A stretch of 63,630 nucleotides of DNA, filler included, from Rhizaria sp. SCN 62-66 (taxonomy: Eukaryota), in assembly GCA_001724265.1 (NCBI GenBank). It is 3 parts of 3 records of this genome, joined end to end, with 100 filler letters (N's around TTAATTAATTAA, not from the genome) between each part and the next. Parts side by side here need not be neighbours in the genome. Positions count along the whole stretch, not along the records: positions 21,640 to 42,716 come from MEDY01000450.1; 2 more parts are not named here. The stretch is one strand, 5' to 3'. A program made the translations under genes and the position numbers. Positions 22,825 to 36,200 of this stretch are shown here, piece after piece (position 1 is the stretch's first letter; the number at the start of each line of letters is the position of its first letter). Under the pieces are notes generated by a model. It was not told where the DNA came from. It saw only the letters and a list, made by a program, of their open reading frames with translations, and did no database searches.

Positions 22825-25800
22825 TCACTGCTCTCCGTTGGCCTTGCGCGCGCGCTTCGAGGCCCGCACTGTTCCGTTACTAAGCTCCAACTCGGACTCT
22901 GCGGCCTCGGCTGCAGCGGCCACAGCTGCAAGACCGCGATTGCTCTTGCGTGCTACTGCCTCCGTCTTGGTTGGAGCTGTTGCAGCAGTATCAGCAATAG
23001 TATCAGGAGCAGTATCAGCAGTAGTGCGCTTGCGGCCGCGAGACACGCCGCTAACAGCGGCATTAAAAGCAGATGCGTCTTTATCAACCGCGAGCGCAAT
23101 GTCGGGATCGACCTTGACACGAGCATTTGCCCGCGACCGCGACTGCAGCTTGGCATCAACTGAACCAACTTCAACATCAGATTCAGTATCAGACTCAGCC
23201 TTAGCTTCCGCATCAGACTCAGATTCGGATTCAGACTCAGCCTCGGAGCCAGTAGAGCCAGTGTCATCATTCTCGCTCGTGGCCTCGGCTGCCTTGGTGA
23301 TCTCTGACTTGACGCGAGTCGCACGAATATTTTTCACCTTAGTCTCGGTCACGGCACTACTCGCCTTCGCCATAGCAGCTGCGGCCTTAGCCTTGGTCTT
23401 CCCCTTTATCTCTGCACCTTTGTTGCCGCCCTTCACAGCCGCAACCTTCGCAGTCGCAGTCGAAACCGCAGTCGCCGCGGCAGCAGCAGCGGTGGCTGCG
23501 GCAGTGACCGCAGCGACAGGCGGCAGCGCACCCATGCCCGCGCCCGTCGCCGCCGCCGCCGCCGCCACGGCCGCGGCAACGCGCGTCCACCCGGCGACCA
23601 GCGCCAGCGCGCGGCCCGCGCCGGCGGCGGGCGCGGTTGGCGCGGCGGCCGCGAACCCAGCCCTGGCAGCGGCGCGCGGGCCCAAATGTTCGCTGCCCAC
23701 GGTCATCATCACCGCCGGGCCCAGCCACGCGCACTGCGGTGCAGCCACGCCGGCGGCGGTCGCGCTCGCGCCGTGGCCCGTGGCGGCGGCGGCGGTGGCG
23801 GCGGCCAAGGCGGAGAGCGCGGCGCGTTTCGGGCCCGCGGGCTCGGACGCGGCCGCGGTCGCGAAGGGCTGCAGATCCGTGGCCGCGGCGGCACGGGCCA
23901 CGCGTATCTCCGCGGCGTTCACGGCAACAGCGGCTGTGGGGGCCGCGTCGGGGCCGGCGAGGGCAAGCGCCGCCGACAGCAGCGATGACACTGCAGCGTC
24001 TGTATTGCGAGCAGTCAAAGCTGAAGTTGCAGTTGAAGTTGGAGGAAGCACAGGCACAGTGATAGTCAGAGGCAGCGCCAGCAGCGCGCGCGGGAGCAAA
24101 CCAGCGGGCGCCAGCGCAGCCACGACATCGCCCACCGCGCCCGCAAGCCTCGTCCTCTCATCTCCGCTCTCGATGTTCGTCGCGCGCAGCAGCGGCGCAG
24201 TGAGCGCGGCGGCGACGGCGGTCTGCCAGCGCACCAGCGGCGCCATGGCCGCGGGCAGCCGCGCAGCCGCTGCGGCAAGCAGCGGCCGCATGAACGCTAC
24301 CACCAGCGCCTGCGCGGGCGCGTCGGGGCCCGCGGCGTGCGTCAGCGTGCACGGCAGCGTCCAGCGCAGCGTGTCCAGCGGCAGCGGCAGCAGCGCGTAG
24401 TAACCCGCGGCCGCCGCGGCCTGCGCACGCAGCGGCACGGGCGCGGCAGCGTCAGTCTCGGCCGGTGCGGCGGCGGCGGCAGCGTCGGTGAGCGCGAGAG
24501 AAGCCGCGGCGGACTCGGCGGGCGCGTGCGTGAACGGCGCAAAAACGCCAGCCTGCAGCAGCCTCGCGGACTCGCGTACACGCGCAGCAGAGCTTGGCCC
24601 GGCACTCGCACTCGCGCTGCCGCTCTCCTCCAGCAGCGCAGTCGCGGTGGCCGTGGCCGTGGCGGCGGCGGGCGCGGCCGCGGGGCCGGCGACGTACCCA
24701 GGCAGGAAGACGGTGAGCAGCAGCGTGCGCACGAGGTCCAGACCGGCCACGGCGGCCGCAGCAGACAACAGGGCGCGCGGCGGCAACAGCAGAGCGCCGG
24801 GAACGCCGGCGACCAGAGAGCCAGAATGCGACTGCGACTGGGACTGCTGGGTCTTCGCGCGGACGTACGCGAGCGAAGCGTCTGTGACTACAGCAGTGGC
24901 CAGAGCGCGCTCGAGCACCAACAACGGGGCCGCGGCCGCGGACGCGACGCCCGCCAAAGCGGCAGCTGCAGCGGCAGCGCTGTTGCTGTCGCTGCCGCTG
25001 CTATTGTCCGCGGCAGTGGACTGCTCCAGCGCGGTAACGAGCGCAGGCAGAATGGCGTGGGTCAATAGGCTCTGCAGCAGCATCCAGCGCCGGCTCGCAG
25101 CGCCGCTCGCGCCGCCGATGACGGCGAGATTGGAGACGGTGGAGCCCGGGGCGGGCGCGGGGGCGCTGAAGGCCAGCGACAGGGCCAGAGCCGCCGCGGC
25201 AGCCGCGGGGGCCGCAGACTCGATCACAGCCGCAGAGGTGTTGTTCGCGGCGGGACTGGTGGCCGTGAGTGCGGGGACAAGCGTTTTGATGATGAACGTG
25301 TGGACGGCGATAGACTCAGCGCCAGCCCGCGCTTTAACGCGCTCAGTCTCACTCTCGGCCTCGTTCTCGTCCTCGCTGACATCGTCGCTGTGGGCCCTGG
25401 CGTCGGAGAGTGACACGGCGGGGAGTGAATGTGAGCAGTAAAGGGCGGCGGCAAACAGGGCGGCGCGCGGCAGCAGGCCAGAGCTGGCGGGAATGCTGAC
25501 GGAACGGTAAAAGCGGCGCGCACGGGCCGATGGGAGCGCGAATAAAATGCTTTCATCAGCAGTATCATCAACAACAACGTCGCTGTTAACAGCAATATCC
25601 AAGTCGGAGTCGGAGTCGGAGTCAGAGTCATGCATCGAATTGGCACGAGCACGGGCTCGAGCACTGACATCAGTATCGACAACAGGAGTGACGTTGACGA
25701 TACTAGCCAGAGCCAGCGAAGTCGCAGTGGAGGCGACAACGTCACCTGCAACCATGTTTTCACCAACATCACTGTTTGCGTCAGCAGAAGTCCAGACGCG

Positions 25801-26700
25801 CGTCGCAACGGCGGCGAGCGCAGGCAGCCATACCAGAGCGCCCGCATCGCAAGCGACCGAGGGCGTACTTAGCCTGGGAGCGCTAAGGGGCACCGCGGGC
25901 AGAGTGGCGGCGCCGATGCCGTTGACGCTGCCCAGCCAAACCTCCAACGCACCCGCAACAGCTTCCACACTCGCAGTCTCGGTGGGCGCAGTGAGCTGGC
26001 CGAGCGCGGTGAGCATGGCCGCGGCAGCGTTGACGTTCCCGGCCGCGACCGCCACAGCCGCGACCGTATCCGCGGTCGCCAACACGTGCGGCGCGGTCAG
26101 CTCGAGCGGCGCGCACTGCGCCGTCGCGGCGGCCGCGGCGGCCGTCGCGGCGGCGGGCGGCAGCGGCAGAGCACACGTGCGCAGGCGGCGGTGCAGCGCC
26201 CACGCAGCGGGCTGCGTCTCGTACGCCTGTGTGGCCTGCTCCAGCTGCCCGTAAAAGTAGCGTTGCGCGCCGGACACCGGGCCAGCGCCGCTGCTGGGGG
26301 TGGAATTGCCTGCGTACATGCTGCTCCCGGAGTAGCCTGTCATGCGAGAGTTCACGTTGTTGGAAGCGTTCGCGCTTTGCAGAGGTAGGACAGCGCCAAA
26401 GCACGAGCCCAGCCCGCCCGGCACCGCAGCGCCGGCGCTGGCTGCAGTCGTTGGCGTCGCGGCAATCACGCGCGAGATCGCAACGACGTCGAGCGCCGCC
26501 GTGGCGGCCCAGTCGTGGCGGCCCGCGCGCGCCGCCAGCGCGCCGTAGGCCTCGGCGCCCGCGGCGAGCGTGGCCAGCAGCTGCCAGCGCGCGACGCCAG
26601 GCCCCAGGTGCGGCAGCAGGGCGGCGCGCGCGCGCCCCGGCTTGGGCCCGCTGCGGAGCTCGCGCAGCACCCGCGCGCTCAGCGCAGCCTTCGCCCCCGC

Positions 26701-26745
<45 letters not shown>

Positions 26746-29700
26746 GGTTGCTTTGTGAGCGGCTGAGGGCTTCCCGCGAGAAACAGGCTTCTTGCGGGCA
26801 GCGTCAGCGTCGTCAAAATCGCTGTCAGCGTCGGCGTCGTCGTCTCTATCGGTGTTGCCGCCCGAGTCCGTGTCGTCGGCCCCGTCGTGCTCGTCGCCGT
26901 GGCCGTCGCCGCGGTCGCGCGGGGGCGCGTGTGTCAGCAAGGCCAGGTGCTGGCAGCCCCAGCGGCGCAGCTCCGCGCTCACCGCGCCCGCCGTCGCCGC
27001 CGCGCAGTCTACCAACAGCGGCCCACAGTCGCTTCCACGGACTCTACTGTCGCGGTCGCCAGTGCGCTCGTCGACAATGCGTTGTGCGGCCGTCAGCAGC
27101 GCGGCCAGCGCCCCCGCCACTCCGCGCGCGGCCGCAGACAGCGCGGCGGCCACTGCGGGACGCGAGCGTACCGTAGCGGCAGTCGCGGCGGCGAAGCGGG
27201 CGCGGGGCAGCGTCGTAGATGCGGTTGCGACCGCGGTGCCGACGGCGGCCACGGCAGCGGCGGCCACTAACGCGGGCGAGAGACGCATCGCCGCAGCGCT
27301 CGCGCCGCTGCTCCTGTCCGCCGCAGCCTCGTCGTCGTCGCTGTTGTTGCCAGCAGGGCGGGCGACTGTGAGCGCGTCCGCAATCGCGAGCGAGGCGATC
27401 TCGAGCAAGCGTCCGCGTCCCCTCCACTGGCCCGCGCCCGCCTCAGACTCCGCCTCATTCGCACTCGCTGTCGCTGTCGCGCCCGCGCCCTCGGTCTCGG
27501 CTAACTGTGAGTCCGGGGCGGTGAGCGCCGCGGCCGCGGCGGCCCCAGTGAGCACGAGCTACACCGCGCGCGCGAGCGTGGGCAGTGAGTGCGGCGCCGC
27601 GGCGGGCAACGCGACGTTATACAACGCGGAGAACGCGGCGGCAAGCGACTGGGCCTGGGCGCGGGCGCGAGGGTAAGATGTCTTCGGCTGCGACGGCTGC
27701 GACAGATATGAGCGCGGCTGCTTCTCAGGAACAGTCGCGACAGTGTCGGTCTTGACACTGCTTTTGACAGCCTTCAGCTTGACTGCCGCCTTGGCGTGAG
27801 CCTTGGTTGCAGTGCTGCCATCGGCGGCAGCGGCGGCAGCCTCAGCGGCGAGAATGCTCTGACGCGAGCGGGCAGAGACGATAGAGCTGACGTTCGTCAA
27901 TACATCCTCATCTTCTTCCTCCTCCTCATCATCGTCGCCGGCCTGCTTAATCTTGGACTCACCCTTGATAGAGACATGACGCTTAGTAACAGCAGAATCG
28001 CTGTCACTCATGTCACCGCCACGCGCAGCAGCAGCAGCAGCATGAGCAGGAGCAGTAAGAGAAGAAGTCGTCGTCTTTCTCGCGCCTCTCATCTTGCTGA
28101 CCGAGGCCACCGCAGCAGCCGCAGCGGCAGCGGCGGCAGCAGCCTCCTCCTCAGCCACTGCGGCAGCACCGGCACCTGCGTCCTCAGCAGTGCTGCCATC
28201 GGCGCCGCCAGTGAAGGCGCCCGCGGTGTCGAAATAACCCGACTGCAGCAACCATCCCACCTCAGCGTCCTCCTCCTCCTCATTGACTGCGCCCGCACTC
28301 GCGCTCGCGGCATCTGCGGCGCCATTGCCGTCGCTACCCGTGCTCTTGAGCGCGGCGCGGAGGGCGGCGCGCAGCGTCTTGTCGCTCTGGCGCAACGGCG
28401 CGAGCAGCCGCGTCGCTTGCAGACGCTGTGTGGAGCCGTAGCCGGCGTACAGCGGGCCGTGGTGCGCGCGCAGCCGCGCCAGCAGCGCGCGCTGCACAGG
28501 ATGCAGGTGCGGGTGCGGGGGGCCGCGCAGCTGCTTCTGCGCACGCCTCTGCGCCTTGGCGGCCGCAGAATCGTCGTCATCCTCATCGTTGTCGTCGGCA
28601 TCACTGTCAGACGCGTCCTCGTTCTCACCAGCGTCAGCGAGGGCCTCTGCCTCAGCGTCAGCCTCGGTTAGCGGCGCCGGCGCGACGTCGCCCGCGGCGC
28701 CCGGCATCACCGGCGCGAGAGCGTGGGCCGAGTCTGGCGCGAACCCGCGCGCCCCCGAGGCCTCCGCCGCGGCCGCCACACCCGCAGCGACGGCGCCCGC
28801 GGCGGCACCGCGCGCCGCGGCCGCGACCGCCGCCGTGCCGGCCGCCGCGAAGGCCGCGCGCACGCCCGCAGCGTCGGCGCGCATGGCGTCGGCCTCGGCC
28901 TTGGCGGCGGCGAGCGCGGCATCGAGCCCCGCGGCGCGCGCATCGGCCTGCTGTAGCTTCAGTGACAGGGCGGCGAAGTAGTCGCGCGCCTCGCGCTTCA
29001 TACTCTCGTGCTGCGCGCGCTGCGCCGCCATCGCGGCCTCGAGCGCGGCCGAGGCGGCGTCGAGCGCGTCGTAGTCGGCCTGCAGCGACGCAGACTCGGC
29101 CTTTACCGTAGCGAGCTCGCGCTGGGCCGCCAGCAGCGCGGCGCGCGTCGAGGCTAGCGTGCCCGTCTGCGCCGGAGCCGCCTCCGCCGCTGCTGACGCC
29201 AATGCTTCTGCTGTGCGTGCGTTTCTGTTGTTGCGCTTGGAAGCGGCTACGGACTATTTTTTTGCTGCAGGGGCAACAGCGGCAGCAGCGGATTCGTTGT
29301 CCGAGTCGGAGAGATCAGAGAAGATATCGTCGGAGTCTGACGCGACTGTAGCGCTAACGGATGGGGCACTGAGACCACTATCAGCAGGAGTATTTGTCAT
29401 GGGACGCGCAGAGGAGAAGGACTCAGACGTGGTTGCACCAGCAACGTTGGTATAACCATCGTCGTAATTATTGTTAGCATGACCTTTGGAGTCGTTGTGG
29501 TCGGAAAACCAGTCGTCGTCGTCTCTATCGTCAATGTTATCTCTGGCGTCGCCAACAGTCGCTGCAGAGCTTGCACTCGCGCTCGCAGTGGGAAGTGCGT
29601 TCACAGTACCAAACTGACCGTTATGATGGCCGGCTGCACTGCTGCTCGCACTGCTGCTGCCGCGACTGTTGCTAGCAACAGCGGGCATCGGAGAAGACAC

Positions 29701-29928
29701 CGCGTGGTGCGGCGCGCGGCCAATGAGTGGTGACAAAGTGGACGACGACGATGTAGACGAAGACGAAGATGAACTGTGCGTGGGGAAGAGTGTCGACGGA
29801 GAAGCAACTGTCGGAGGCAGCCCGGGGCCCAGAGACCCTGCAGGGAGGCCTGCCGCGCCGGCGTCGGGGGCACGAGGAGGCGTCGCCGCGCCTAGCACGG
29901 GCGAGGACAGGACCGGAGACGTGCTCAT
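22825..29928 (-). CDS. Very large Ala/Ser-rich hypothetical protein (~2367 aa) with an N-proximal coiled coil and 2 in-frame TAG codons
   Basis: ORFs 29254-29928, 27559-29202 and 22825-27555 are in frame, separated only by TAG at 29254-29256 and 27559-27561. Ends TGA 22825-22827. The basic C-terminus (RASKRARK) could be an NLS. Confidence 0.75.
26702..26745. repeat. (GCT)n trinucleotide tract encoding poly-Ala
   Basis: About 14 uninterrupted GCT units inside the minus-strand CDS. Confidence 0.9.
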
Positions 29929-30655
29929 TGCGTCGGCGGCGTCAACGGCGTCAGCGGCGGCGGCGGCGTCAGCTGCGACGAAGAACGGCAGACTTGGCGG
30001 TCACGAACGCCTAGCGACAGAGGATGCAGGTGTAATGGCCTGCTGTCACCGGTTTACAAATCAAAGGTGCTGTTTAAACAATTGGATCTTGTTTGATGGA
30101 GCTTTAAAACAGTCTGTGTGGCAGGCAGGAAGCGAAAATGAAAGAGAGGGAAGAAAACTGGTGAGCCGCAAATGACAAGAACTTCTGGCCGCGATAATTC
30201 AAAAATTTCAACAGATTATAAAGCAGAAAGTAAATATTATATAGAAAACGTCTATTCCTAAATTTACAGAAAAATCTACACTAAATTGTCAGACTCTCGT
30301 CGAGATAGTCATCGCCAAAGTTCGTGCCAATCAACTCCATCCGCAACCCACAAACTGCCGGCCTGATCATGAATGTTGTCATTACGGTTACGCTGGCATT
30401 AAACGACTCAAAGTCAGTCGCAAATCATCTTCTCAGCAAAAATAAACTTTGTATATGGATAATAGATCATACAATAATACAATATTTATTAACATAATCA
30501 ATACCAGATCCTATCTTCACGTCCTAGTCTGGCCCGGCGCACTTCGGTTCGCTTCAGCAGCTGATTGTCATCGAAGCTATCTGTCATATCACAGTTCTTT
30601 GTTCTCGCAAGCCGTTCACCCGCTCGCGCTCGTCCCGCGTGTCGCGCCATCGCGC

Positions 30656-32221
30656 TCACAGCGTGCTCTGGAAGCCCTTGCGCTGCTCGGCAGTGACCTC
30701 GGTGGGGAACTCGACGGTGATGGTGACGAAGAGCTGGCCCATCTGCGAGCCCTGCTGGTGCTTGGGCATGCCCTCGTTGGGGACCGTGATCACCGCGCCC
30801 GGTTGCGTCACGCCGTCGCGCGCAACCACCACGCGGCGCCCGTCCAGGTGCGTCAGCGTCTTGGAGAAGCCCAGCAGCGCCTCCTTGAGCGAAACCGTGA
30901 GCGTGGCGCGCAGGTCGTCGCCGTCACGCGTGAAGACCGGGTGTGGCACCGCGCGCAGCTTGAACACGACGTTGCCGGCCGCCTTGTCGGGGTGCTCGTC
31001 CGCAACGGCGTCGTAGGAGATGGTCTCGCCGTCCTTCATGCCGGGCTCGATCCACAGGTCGATCGTCTTGCGGCCCTTCTCGACCTTCTTGCCGCCGCAC
31101 TTACGGCACTTGACAGCGATGGTCTTGCCCTAAAGAAAAGAAATTATAGAGGATATACCATCATAAAACGTGAGATTATGCGAATATATGATAAATAATA
31201 TTAAAATCCACATGAATATCGCTGTGTTACAAAGATATAATGAATCATAGCAGAGAAATGTTGTTGAGATATCGTACCTGTCCGTTGCAGACGGGGCAGG
31301 GCGACTGGACCTGCTGGACGAAGCCGGGGGCGAGCTGATGCACCTGCATCACCACGCCCTGGCCGCGGCACCGCGCGCACTGCGACACGTGCTGCTCATC
31401 GTCGGCGCCCGTGCCCCGGCAGTGCGAGCACAGCGCCTGCGCGCGCACCTCGACCTCGACGGACCGGCCCAGGTACAGATCGCGCAGCGAGACGGGGACC
31501 TCGGCAGTCATGTCGGGGCCGCGCTGGCGCTCGCTCACGCCACCGCGGCGTCCGCCACCGCCGCCGCCGCCAAAGAACTGAGAGAACATGTCGAAGGGGT
31601 TGTGGCCGCCGCCGCCCCCACCCTGCTGCGCCGCGTGGCGCTTCAGGCCCTCCTCACCGCTCTGTGAACGGAGAAGATTCGGGTGCATTTGTTTAAGACA
31701 CGTAATTTAGAGAGAAAATTTGTGAGAATAAGACAGTTGATTTTTAAAAAATTGTTAAATAACACTTGAATCATAATATAGTGTAAATTCACCTTCAATT
31801 AATCCGATATTCATGCTTTACTGTTGTGCATAAGCAAGTGTAGGAAACGTACCTGGTCGTAGATGCGGCGAGTGTCCTTGTTGGAGAGCGCCTCGTACGC
31901 AGCGGCAACGTCCTGGAACTTATCCGCAGCGTCCTTGGCGCCGCCGTTCTTGTCGGGGTGGTACTTCATCGAGAGCTTGCGGTAAGCCTTCTTGATCTGC
32001 GCCTCGGTGGCCGAACGCTGGAGTTCGAGGATCTTATAGAAGTCGCGGTTGCCCGTGCCCGCGCCGCCGGCGGGGGCCGCGAGCGCGAACGACGCGAAGT
32101 CGCCAGGGAAAGATAGCATCACCAGCAGCGTGGAGAGCAGGAGCAGTGCCAGGGACGGCAGGCGCAGCGCGGGGCTGCTGCTGCTGCTGCTACGGAGGCT
32201 CTGGGAGTAGTAAGACAGCAT
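30656..32221 (-). CDS. ER-type DnaJ/Hsp40 (SCJ1/ERdj3-like) with zinc finger, ~408 aa, 3 exons
   Basis: Exons 32221-31853, 31661-31278 and 31129-30656; GT-AG phase-0 introns. Hydrophobic leader, J domain RDFYKIL...[16 protein letters not shown] region, four CxxCxG motifs ([30 protein letters not shown]), C-terminal [14 protein letters not shown]. Ends TGA. Confidence 0.92.
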
Positions 32222-33292
32222 TTCAGTCGGTCGGTCGTCAGAGGGACGAACTGAGGAGGAAGCAGAGGTGCGGCGTGGGGAAGCCCGTTACAGGAACGAA
32301 ACGGGGAACGTGGCAGAGAAGAGTATGTACAAACGCCTAGGATGGCGGTCTGGAGCGAGGAAGATTGAACGCAGAGCGGTGCGAGGTGGTTGGGTGAGGG
32401 TGGATGAGAGGACAGCGGTGAGTCGAAATGTGGGGTCAGGGGAGCGACTTCTGTGAGGCGTAAACGTGGGGTTTAAGGGCAGACATAGAGCTGTCAATAA
32501 ACAAAAAAACGCGGGTCAAGATGATACGCGTAGTTTAAGTGAACCACTATGCGTCTGTGGCGACAGGCGCGGTGCTGATAGGAAGCAAGACGACTCCAGA
32601 AGCACTTGGGCGGAGTGCAAGGGCGCACCGTGGAATCAGAGCGACACACGGTGTGTCAAGCAAATAAAAAGGGTTTTCCAAATAAAACACGCGTGGTACA
32701 GGCTACACAGAGAACTAGAACGCTTGTTGACCGAAGAACCTGAAGAAATCCACTCTACTCAAGCAGCTGATTCAGCACTGGCTGACCTACTTCGACGGCG
32801 CTCGCATTTTTTGCGAACCGATCTTGCTGCAATTGACTCCTCTCGACAGACCGTTGTGTCGTGTTTGCAGTGAGTACCCTGCGATCTGGAAGTATCGGAT
32901 ACGCATATTATAAGAGGATATTTTTTTCTGCGTTTTCCGATAACTTATTTTTCAATTGAGTACCAATTTGATGATAAACTCATTGCGACCTGCTTCTTTT
33001 TCAACTTCCCGACGTGTCTTTCCCAACGGCAGCGCGTGCAACCGAAACTTCCGCCCCTGCGCCCGCCCTTCTTTCGAAAAGCGTCTGCTTTTTGTGTCGC
33101 ACGCCTGCCTTTGCGCTTTTGCTTTAGGTTTGTCTGGTGAGACCTCTCACATCACAGCCCTTCACTTGCCCAGGCCGCTCTCAATCGCTTCAACCCACGC
33201 CTGCTCGGCTCGACCCTCACCTAATCTGCCGTATCTACCAGCCCCGGCACCTCGCCAGCTTTTTTCTGCTGCGCCGCTCTGCGCCCCGACCC

Positions 33293-36200
33293 ATGTCGTC
33301 GTCTCAGCAACCGCCCCGCGACATCTGGCAGCTTCCATCCGTCTCCGAGACCTCTTCATCGCTCTCCGCCACTACCCCCTCCCGCAGCAGCTCTTTGACG
33401 AATAACAACAATGCAGGCTCGCAGCGTGACCGCTCTGCGACGCCCAGCCGCACCACGACGAGCATGATGCCCGTCGAAGGCGCGCCGCTACCGATGCCCT
33501 TTAACTTCAACTCCGCGACCGCCTCCGCCGCCGCGTTGAGCAGCAGCTCTAGCTCAAGCAGTTCGAGTTCGAGCTCATCGCTTTCATCGTCATCATCGTC
33601 GTCCTCTACGTCGGGCTCCAGCAGCTCGTTCGCGCGCCGCCGCCGCCCGCACCAAGACGACCCGACGATGCCGTCTTGGGTGTCGAGCTCAGCGCTGCAG
33701 CACGCGCGTCTGCACCTGCGTCTGCGCGCCAACAACCTCGTCCCGCCAGAGGGCGAGATGTACACCTACGCCGTCTCGGTGCTTAACGGACGCAAGGTCG
33801 CGCAGTCCGCCGTCACGCTCGGCAGCTCCCCGGTCTACGACGAGGTCGTGTGCTTCGACGTCGCGTACTACGACCGCCGCGTGCCAGTCAAGGCCGCCGC
33901 CGCGCGCCGCCGCAGCGGGTTGCCCGCGACTCCGCTGCCGTCCTCGCTGCCGCCGCCGACACTGGACGACCTCTACGTCGTCCCGCCCGAGCCCGCGCCG
34001 CCGGGCGTGCCGGTCGCACCCCCCGCGCTGCCCTCTGCCTCCGCAGTCCGCCGCGGCACAGCCCCCGCCCCGTCCAAGACCGTGGTCGCGGCGGCAGCGT
34101 CCGCAGCGGCGGCGGAGAACGGCGAAGACCCGCGCGACGTGGCCACGGACCACAAGTTCTTCGGCGGCTGGCACCGGCACTCGGAGTGGCTGGCCACGCT
34201 GCCGATCCACAACGCGCTGGGCGTCGTCGTCATGACATGCTTCGACGGACAGGAGATGCCCTACTGCGCCGTGACCGTGCCCGTGTCGATGCTCATGCAC
34301 GCCGCCTTTTCACCACCGCCGTACCAGTTCCGCATGACGCTGTCGAACCCGCTACGGCCCGACACGGCCAAGACATTCCTTGCGCTCTGCGCCTCGATGG
34401 ACGTTACCGTCACGCTCACTCAGCTGCCCAGCTCGACCGCCGCCACGCGCCTGTGCACTGTCCCGCGCCCGCTGGCGATGGACCCGCTGGTGCGCGCGCT
34501 GATGCCCTACTTCAAGGGCGTGCTGGTGCCCGCAGCGATTGCGCCCGAGTCGGCCGCGCTCGTCGCCGCCGAGGCGGACCTCGCCGCGCGCCGCGCCCGG
34601 TTCGCGGCGCTGCGCGAGGAGCTCAAGAGCGAGCTGGACGCACTGGCGGCGGCCGAGGGCGTGGAACTGCTCGCCGTCGCCGCGCTGCCAGACCAGGAGG
34701 CCGGCTTCGACCGCACGCGCCGCGGCGCCTGGTCCCACGCCACCAAGGGGCTTGCCAACGCCGACGCGTCGACCGCCTTCGTGCTGCCCACAAAGGCCCT
34801 CGACAAGAGCGCCATCGTCAACAGCAGCGGCAATACTGGCAGTGGAGGTATCAATGGCGGTGGCGCGCTGATGATGACTCCGGGCGCGACTCCCTCCGTG
34901 TCCTCGTCCTCGCCCGCGGCAGCCGCGACGGCGCTGGCGACTGTGACGCGGTCGACGGGCAAGGCCTCAGTCTCAGCCGCCGTGACGAACCCGCACGGCA
35001 CGCTCCCGCCGCCGCCGCCGCCGTTCTCCGAGGACGAGCTGGCGCGCATGTTCGCCACGCTCGAGCCCCCCGCCGCGCGCGCAGGCCCCGCGGCACCGGT
35101 CGCCGCCGCGCTGCTGGCCGCCGAGTCGGCCGTGCACGAGCTCATCGACGCGCGCGCGCGCTGCTACCGCTGGTGGGGCGCGGGCTTCATCACCGACGCG
35201 CAGGAGCTCGTAGAGGAGCGTGCTGACGCATCGCGCAAGGAGTTCGCGAAGCTCTTCGCCGACATCCGCGCTCTGCAGCGCAAGCGCGCGCTCGCGCGCA
35301 AGGCCAAGAAGCAGCAGAACAAGGGCAAGCAGACTCAAGACAACGATGACGAAGAGGAGGACCCTGCGGTACTCGCGCAGGCCGAGGCCTTCGCGGCGCG
35401 GCTGCAAGACCTACTGCAGGCGCACGTCGAGTTCACCGCCGGGCTCGGCGCTGACCCGTCGCTGCCTAGTCTCTCCGCGCCGCTGCCCGCTGTCGCCAGC
35501 GGCGCCTCCGACGACGCTTTCGCCGCGCAAAACGGCTTCCCCCAGACACCGGTCAACAGCAACAGCAACAACAGCGGCAGTAGCGACGCGAATAACCGCG
35601 GCCGCGACCGTGAGCGCGAGAGCGGTGCATCGGCGTCCTCAGGCGCCTTGCTGCCGCCGCAGTCCCCTGCCTCCGCGCGCTCGCTGACCTCGGCGTCCCC
35701 ATCTGCGGCGCGCGCGCGCCAGTGGGCGTCATCTGCCTCGCCGTACCTGCCGACGCCGGCGCCGTCTGAGCGCCGCAGACACTACCTGACGCTGCCGCCG
35801 CGGTGCGCGCCGCTGGACCAGCGCCTGCTGTGGCTGTCGCAGCGCGTGCGCGCGGCGCGCGACGAGGCCGACGCCGCGCTGGCGGCGCTGCGCGACAACA
35901 CGTCCGAGGCCGTGCGCGGCGTGCCCCCGCTGGGCCGCCGCGTCATCTCGGCGCGCCGCCACAACCGCAACCGCACGCCCGCGCAGCTGGCCGAGGAGGC
36001 GCGCTTCGACCGGCTCGCGGCCGCGATGCCGCCCGTCGTCGCCTCGGGCGCCCTGATGCGCGCGCCCGGCGAGGTCCTCCGCGCGCCGCTGCTGCGCGCG
36101 GCGCCGCTGCGCGGCCCGCTGCCGCCCGCGGCCGGCGACACGCGCTACGGCGCCGAGTCGATGGCCAAGGAGGCGGACCAGCGGTGGCGCGACGACGTGC

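Noticed and set aside
31130-31132. In-frame TAG upstream of DnaJ exon 3
   Set aside because: It is the intron 3' acceptor (tttctttag), not a codon, and was not counted as recoding evidence.
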